Assembly: GCF_900167395.1 (NCBI RefSeq)
Contig: NZ_FUWK01000010.1
Location: 1 to 32,000 of the forward strand
Origin: Nitrosomonas europaea
Lineage (GTDB): Bacteria > Pseudomonadota > Gammaproteobacteria > Burkholderiales > Nitrosomonadaceae
Reading direction: 5' to 3'
Length of the DNA stretch: 32,000 nt
Shown here: piece after piece, positions 26,366-32,000 of the stretch
Position numbering within the stretch: position 1 is the stretch's first letter
Layout: the number at the start of each line of letters is the position of its first letter
Made by a program: the position numbers and the translations under genes
Notes under the pieces: generated by a model
Told to the model about the DNA's origin: nothing
Seen by the model: only the letters and a program-made list of their open reading frames with translations
Database searches by the model: none

Positions 26366-29300
26366 ATGATGAAAAATTTTAATTTCAGCACTGCACTGAT
26401 ATGCCTGGCGGGTATTTTTATATCTGCTTGTAAAGTGACAGATCACAACAGTGCGTTCGGTCCATCAGGAAAGCGGATCGTTCATGCTGATGTTGTGGCA
26501 ATCGACCAGCCGATTTATTACAACCGGTTTGGATCGGTGAATCCATACGGTATGGTTTATGCCCTGAAGCGCGATATAACGGTCGTTAAACAAGGTGAAG
26601 AGTGGCTGCCAGGGTTGTCATGTCCCTCAGAAGTACGTCTGCTTGAAGGTAAAAGACCTCGGCCTTTGGTGTTGCGCGGTAACGCCGGTGATGTACTGGA
26701 GATTACTTTTACCAACAAACTGATGAAAGTGCAGCCGGATATCAGCCGATGTACCTTGATCGATAAACACTCGCCTTATGCGCATCTTGTCGATGCAAAA
26801 GGAAGAATTGACCCGATTGATCCTCCGGAACATGAAGCAGAGCTGCGAACAGATATCGGAGAGACACAGCATCTGCCCCCTGCTGATTGGCCAAAAACAA
26901 GATCGGCCAATCTCGTTATTCCCGGGCTGGTCAGTTTGTCGGGTACTGACCCGAGGTGTAACGGACTGCAATCGATCGATCCCGGTGAATCGGTTACCTG
27001 CCGATGGAAACTTGAAAATGAAGGGACACATTTGTTTTCCAGTCATGGGGCCCCGGCGGGTGGTGAAGGGGATGGTGGCAGTTTGACGCACGGGCTTTTC
27101 GGTGTGGTCATCGTCGAACCCGAAAACAGCAAATGGTACCGGAGCCAGGTAACTGCTTCTGTTCTTGATAAGGTATGGCCGCGCCTTAAAGAGGATGACA
27201 TCGTGCGCAAAGGCAGTTTGCAATACGACGCGTCAGATTCAGAAGGCACACCGTATCTGAATATGCTCAAGCCTGCTGGCAGAGATCAATCCGGCAGTAT
27301 GCGTTATGAATTGATTTATGGTGACCTGAATGCGGTTGTTCGGGAAGATAAACCGGAAAATCCTGATGCACCCGCATTCCGTGAATTTACCGTTGTCTTT
27401 CATGATGAACTCAAAACGTTTTATGCCAATAATTTTCAGGAACTGGCTGTAAGCCGTCAGCTGAGTGGTGTAGGAGATGGTTTTGGTATCAATTATGGTG
27501 CCAGCGGAATGGGATCCATTTTATTGGCAAACCGGAAAGGGATCGGGCCCGCTGCCGGGTGTGCAGAATGTTTTTATGAGGAATTTTTCCTGCAATCGTG
27601 GGCGAATGGAGATCCGGCGCTACTGGAGCATTTTGAAGATGATCCTTCCAACGTAGCGCATTCCTATCTCAATGATCGTGTCAAATTCAGGAACTTGCAT
27701 GCAGGCCCGAAGGAAACCCATGTTTTTCATCTGCATGCGCATCAATGGTTGTCTTCGACTGATAAAAATTCCGGCACCTATCTCGATTCACAGACCATCG
27801 CACCGCATCAGGGGTTTTCCTATAGCATTTATGATGGTGGTTTGTCAGAGTGGGCCGGTAAGGGCGAGAACGTACATCAAACCTTGGGTAGCGGAAACCG
27901 TAACCGTACAGTCGGTGATTCCATCTTTCATTGCCATCTTTATCCACATTTTGCACAGGGTATGTGGGGACTGTGGCGCGTGCATGACGTAATCGAAGAC
28001 GGCACCCGTACATTACCCGACGGACAGCCTGAAGCCCATTTCTACGGCCAGCCCCGGGTGGCTCTATCCATAGAAAAGACAAAAATTGGCGGAAAGCGGC
28101 CAGGAACCGATCCGGTAACGGGTGCTGCAGGTGCTGGTACGCCGGTGCCAGCCATCTTGCCACTGCCTGATCAGGGGCTGCCGCCACTTCCTACTTATGC
28201 ACAGGATCCGCGTGTCGGTCAGTCGGAGCAGTACGCTATGCCGGGTTATCCCTTCTATATTCCAGGAGAGCCAGGGCATAGAGCACCGCAACCACCGCTG
28301 GATTTTGCCAGGGATGAGAATGGTTTGCTGATGCACGGTGGTTTGCCGCGGCACGTAATCAGAAATGGCGAACGCAAGCCTGTTTTTATGTCTGACGATT
28401 TATTGAATCAGTTACCAGCCGATGCTGATGAACGTGCAGCAATGGTATTGCGACAATCACTTGCACTGGGTGATTTTCGTCTGGAGCTGACCCGGGCGGA
28501 TATTGTTTTGCTCGATCATGATGGTGAATCGATCGAGCGTCAGGCGATGGATTTTCATGCCGGGAAGGCTGCCAGAATCCGATTGGCGGATGGTTCGTAT
28601 GTTAATCATGATCCAGATAAATCCGGGTACCCGTCTTTGACACCGGAAGGCCGGCGTGCACGTTTTTATGTGAATGGTGCACCATCTGCACCAGGTGCCC
28701 CGTATGCAGACCCTTGCCACGATCCTGCATTCAAGGGAAACCGGCAATACGAGGTATCTGCAATCGGTCTCGATCTGGTGGTAAACCGGGCAGGCTGGCA
28801 TGATCCTCAGGCGCGCATCAATATGTTGACAAAGGATGCAGAACAGATCGAAGGACAGCGCCGGCATGATATGGAACCTTTCTTTTTCCGCGCGTCATCC
28901 GGTGAGTGCATCGAATTCAAGCATCAAAACAGAACAGAAAAAGAGCTTGAGCTGGATGACTTTCAAGTGGCTACCCCAACCGATACCATCGGCCAGCATA
29001 TTCATCTGGTGAAATTTGATGTTACTTCTTCAGATGGTTCAGGGAATGGGTTTAATTATGAAGATGGCACCTTCTCTCATGGTGCAGTCGAAGAAAGGAT
29101 CCATGCAGCCAGCGGGCTGGCAGTAACCTCTGCCGGGGAACGTAAGCGACTGGCAATTGGTAAGGATTTGGACGGCAAACAGATTGATCGGTATCAGACA
29201 ACCGTTCAACGCTGGTTTGCTGATCCTTTGCTGGCAGTCAACAGCAAAAATGAGGGCCACACCTCCCATGCCATGCATGGTGCTGCTACGCCAGACAGAA

Positions 29301-32000
29301 CCTGTCCGGCTCATGCTGACAAGGAATGCATAGACCGTACTTTACGGACGGTGTTTACTCATGACCATTTTGCACCTTCTTCCATACAGCAGCATGGTTT
29401 TTATTCTGCTTTACTCGTAGAGCCGGCAGGTTCGACATGGTTGAAACCGAATGGAGAAGCTCTTGAAGAGGGTGTAGGTTCAAAAGCGACCATAATTGAA
29501 GCAGTCGACTGGTTGACGCATGAGAATCACCGGGAATATGCACTTGCCGTGGCCGATTTTGCTTTGCTATATGAGCCTGCCTTATATCAGCCCTGGCGGG
29601 ATCATTCCACAGATGGTATGGCCCGGTTACTCCGTGAAACCCAATCCAATGTGCGTAATTCCGCAACAGGAGCCTTATTCCGGGATCTGAAGCGACATGC
29701 TGAACACTGGTGGAAGCAACATGGTAAACCGGTTGATCCGCCCTTTAAACCGGAAGCAATCTCCAAGGATCACCATAATCCTTATCTGGTGAACTATAAG
29801 CATGAACCGATTCCATTGCGTATCGGAAAAATGGAGAAAAAACTGCAAACTCCAGAGGAAACCCACTGTGGTGAGCATGCACAGGAACGTGATTCCAAAG
29901 GGTATTTCAAAAAACGGATGAGTGTTTCTCAACAGCAGGAAGGAAATAACGGTGATATGGCCTATGTTTTTGCTTCGCGTGAACATGGTGACCCTTGTAC
30001 ACCGATTCTGGAAGCTTATGAAGGTGAGAACATACAAATCCGCATGGTTCAGGGAGCCCAGGAGGTACAGCATACCTTTGCAATTGAGGGGTTGTACTGG
30101 CCACGCATAATTGATTATTCAACCAGTCATCAGTTCTCAGAAGAAGTACAAAAAAAACAGGATAACCCGTCAGCACTGGTTTCTGCCCAGGAAATCGGTA
30201 TCTCAGAGCATTTTGAGATGCGGATGCCACCTTTCCAGAATGTTTCGAATGGCGCAAGCGTGAATGATTACCTCTACCATCTTGGTACGGCAGATGCGTT
30301 ATGGAATGGAGCCTGGGGTCTGTTGAGAATACATAACGGGGTATCTGCACCGGATCCAGCAGGATGCCAACCCGATGAGAATCTTGCTGCGGCAGTTGAT
30401 AAATGGTTTGCACGCAGGAATCTGTTTGGAAGGGATGTAGAAGGCGTACCGGTATCATGCAAGAAGCTGGTGGGAAACAGATTGAAGCCACTGCCAGGGC
30501 ATGGAGACGGCCAAATTGTCATAACCAATGAGAAGGAAATATTTGGTGAAGATTCGGCGCCTGATCCTGAAACGGGTAGAGAATTACCGCTTGGGTGCCC
30601 TGGTGGTTCAAGATTGAAGAACTTCAAAGTGGTTGCCACGAGAGTCGATCTGCTTGTTTCTTCTAAAGAGAACAAAATGTTTTACGACAAGGAGAATAAG
30701 CTTTTTGATCCAGATGCCTTGATTCTGCTGACTATGCCGCCGGGGGAGGCAAATATAAGACTGCAGGATGTTAAAAATATATATCAGCAAAAGGCGGATG
30801 CCGGAGTATTGGAACCCTTGGTTTTACGTGCCAACGCCAACGATTGTATAGCACTGGAATTATATAATCTGCTGTTGGCTGAAGGTGAAACGGAGCTGCC
30901 CGACACTGCTGGCGATGCCTTGATGCCGAGAATTGTTCCGCTGAATGTTGATCAGCCGACCGGTTCAGCTGCTGGAGATGTCAAACCATCGACAAAATTA
31001 TCGTTATCGATCCCGTTACTGGCAACCAGAGACCCCGTCTATTTTCGTAACCTGGGTATTGGTATGAACCGCAGTGCAGAGCCTCTGAACAACGGACAGA
31101 AGCGGATTTATACATTTTACGCGGGAAAACTGGAGCTGGAGTCAGAGGCTAAAACCAAAGATGGCCCGGCTTGTGCGGGAGGAGAGTGCAAATTCAAACT
31201 TAACAAGTTGCCCTACGTTTTCGGCACTCTTCCGATCAAGGCCTTTGGTGATGTAATCAACCATGGGGCACATGGCCTGATTGGCACGCTGGTGATAGAA
31301 CCTGAAGGTGCTGTTTATCTTGATCCGGTAACTGAAAAAGAGATTCCAGAGGAAGATCAATGGAAGCTGGGTTCGGAAGCACTGATTAAGTATGAAGATG
31401 AACAGCGCAAGAAAAAGATGTTTCGTGAATTTGTCCTGGCTTACCAGGATGGCCTTAATTGGCACTGGCCATCACCATGGAGCAGGAAAACCGAGCCAGT
31501 TGGGGATTGCCCGATTTGTGATGATTCATATGATCATGGCGAGAAGGGGATCAACTATCGTGCAGCACCTTTCTGGGCAAGGTTACGGCAAGGAATGGAC
31601 AGTAACGGTCGCCGTGTCTTCAACGATATTGGTGCAGGGGCGGATTTAAACCAGGTTCAATTCCCAAAAAACTTTTTACTAAGTTCCTGGGCGGATATTC
31701 CAACCCCGGTTTTTCAGGCAAAAGCGGGGGAAGAAGTACGTTTCCGTGTATCGCAGCCATATGGTCGTGCCCGTCAACGTGCGTTCGTAAGTTTTGGTGC
31801 TGATTATGCAGATATGATGCCCGGATTTGGTTCACCACATTCTGCTTTGATATCTGCTGGCAAGGCGATGACGGCTACTTTATCCGGATCTGCAAAAGAA
31901 GGATGTTATATCTACCGCGATGGCCCGATGCATATGTTTGCAAGTGGCGTATGGGGGCATTTCAGGGTGAGTCCGGCTGATGGTACCACTTTGAAATGCG
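26366..32000 (+). CDS. Giant multicopper-oxidase-like lipoprotein (at least 1878 aa; 3' end beyond the window), three tandem two-cupredoxin units (MnxG/ceruloplasmin-like architecture)
   Basis: Manual translation of frame 2 from the ATG at 26366 (GGAGGG RBS) to nt 31999 finds no stop. The ORF is absent from the supplied track. Lipoprotein signal MMKNFNFSTALICLAGIFISAC. MCO motifs present: HVFHLHAHQW (27719-27748), HCHLYPHFAQGMWGLWRV (27929-), IGQHIHLVKFD (28997-) and FTHDHF (29360-). GLFGVVIVEP, FYSALLVEP and LIGTLVIEP each recur once per unit. Confidence 0.85.
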   Translation, partial: MMKNFNFSTALICLAGIFISACKVTDHNSAFGPSGKRIVHADVVAIDQPIYYNRFGSVNPYGMVYALKRDITVVKQGEEWLPGLSCPSEVRLLEGKRPRPLVLRGNAGDVLEITFTNKLMKVQPDISRCTLIDKHSPYAHLVDAKGRIDPIDPPEHEAELRTDIGETQHLPPADWPKTRSANLVIPGLVSLSGTDPRCNGLQSIDPGESVTCRWKLENEGTHLFSSHGAPAGGEGDGGSLTHGLFGVVIVEPENSKWYRSQVTASVLDKVWPRLKEDDIVRKGSLQYDASDSEGTPYLNMLKPAGRDQSGSMRYELIYGDLNAVVREDKPENPDAPAFREFTVVFHDELKTFYANNFQELAVSRQLSGVGDGFGINYGASGMGSILLANRKGIGPAAGCAECFYEEFFLQSWANGDPALLEHFEDDPSNVAHSYLNDRVKFRNLHAGPKETHVFHLHAHQWLSSTDKNSGTYLDSQTIAPHQGFSYSIYDGGLSEWAGKGENVHQTLGSGNRNRTVGDSIFHCHLYPHFAQGMWGLWRVHDVIEDGTRTLPDGQPEAHFYGQPRVALSIEKTKIGGKRPGTDPVTGAAGAGTPVPAILPLPDQGLPPLPTYAQDPRVGQSEQYAMPGYPFYIPGEPGHRAPQPPLDFARDENGLLMHGGLPRHVIRNGERKPVFMSDDLLNQLPADADERAAMVLRQSLALGDFRLELTRADIVLLDHDGESIERQAMDFHAGKAARIRLADGSYVNHDPDKSGYPSLTPEGRRARFYVNGAPSAPGAPYADPCHDPAFKGNRQYEVSAIGLDLVVNRAGWHDPQARINMLTKDAEQIEGQRRHDMEPFFFRASSGECIEFKHQNRTEKELELDDFQVATPTDTIGQHIHLVKFDVTSSDGSGNGFNYEDGTFSHGAVEERIHAASGLAVTSAGERKRLAIGKDLDGKQIDRYQTTVQRWFADPLLAVNSKNEGHTSHAMHGAATPDRTCPAHADKECIDRTLRTVFTHDHFAPSSIQQHGFYSALLVEPAGSTWLKPNGEALEEGVGSKATIIEAVDWLTHENHREYALAVADFALLYEPALYQPWRDHSTDGMARLLRETQSNVRNSATGALFRDLKRHAEHWWKQHGKPVDPPFKPEAISKDHHNPYLVNYKHEPIPLRIGKMEKKLQTPEETHCGEHAQERDSKGYFKKRMSVSQQQEGNNGDMAYVFASREHGDPCTPILEAYEGENIQIRMVQGAQEVQHTFAIEGLYWPRIIDYSTSHQFSEEVQKKQDNPSALVSAQEIGISEHFEMRMPPFQNVSNGASVNDYLYHLGTADALWNGAWGLLRIHNGVSAPDPAGCQPDENLAAAVDKWFARRNLFGRDVEGVPVSCKKLVGNRLKPLPGHGDGQIVITNEKEIFGEDSAPDPETGRELPLGCPGGSRLKNFKVVATRVDLLVSSKENKMFYDKENKLFDPDALILLTMPPGEANIRLQDVKNIYQQKADAGVLEPLVLRANANDCIALELYNLLLAEGETELPDTAGDALMPRIVPLNVDQPTGSAAGDVKPSTKLSLSIPLLATRDPVYFRNLGIGMNRSAEPLNNGQKRIYTFYAGKLELESEAKTKDGPACAGGECKFKLNKLPYVFGTLPIKAFGDVINHGAHGLIGTLVIEPEGAVYLDPVTEKEIPEEDQWKLGSEALIKYEDEQRKKKMFREFVLAYQDGLNWHWPSPWSRKTEPVGDCPICDDSYDHGEKGINYRAAPFWARLRQGMDSNGRRVFNDIGAGADLNQVQFPKNFLLSSWADIPTPVFQAKAGEEVRFRVSQPYGRARQRAFVSFGADYADMMPGFGSPHSALISAGKAMTATLSGSAKEGCYIYRDGPMHMFASGVWGHFRVSPADGTTLKC

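Noticed and set aside
26627-31838. Track ORFs across the oxidase region: on the minus strand 26627-27223, 27043-27270, 27687-28187, 28064-28354, 28457-28867, 29039-29314, 29355-29666, 29675-30073, 29907-30491, 30274-30675, 30608-30790, 31142-31465 and 31620-31838; on the plus strand in frame 0, 26778-27086, 27672-27992, 28122-28331, 29922-30110 and 31392-31649.
   Set aside because: All lie inside the uninterrupted 1878-codon plus-strand frame that carries clear multicopper-oxidase motifs. Their translations are low complexity, have no family resemblance and lack RBSs, so they are shadow ORFs.

Overview
This is a chromosomal segment from a proteobacterium. The flagellar proteins, the repeats and the decayed fecIR/TonB-receptor genes point to a betaproteobacterium, possibly Nitrosomonas-like; that assignment is recognition only and is not verified. 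Contents from left to right: (1) The 3' end of an IS transposase abuts an orphan ribbon-helix-helix antitoxin gene. (2) A MITE-like palindromic repeat and tRNA-Gly(CCC) follow. (3) Next to the tRNA lies a decayed islet holding fecI/fecR/TonB-receptor pseudogene remnants and an intact prlF-yhaV toxin-antitoxin pair. (4) A cytochrome c::FTR1 fusion iron permease. (5) A tightly coupled three-gene cassette: secreted DUF785/RimB-like protease, 7TM inactive-transglutaminase membrane protein, and RimK-related ATP-grasp ligase. (6) pta. (7) A tetR plus membrane metal-hydrolase pair. (8) flgA diverges from a complete flgBCDEFGHIJKL cluster, which has a near-consensus sigma54 promoter and a repeat element inserted between flgI and flgJ. 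(9) After a terminator come two unrecognisable ORFs and a very large open reading frame (26366 to the window end, 1878 codons with no stop, checked by hand). This frame is missing from the supplied ORF track, probably because it never reaches a stop codon. It encodes a lipoprotein built from three tandem multicopper-oxidase-like two-domain units. This giant MCO locus is the most interesting part of the window. No rRNA or CRISPR was seen, and no intact integrase or prophage.
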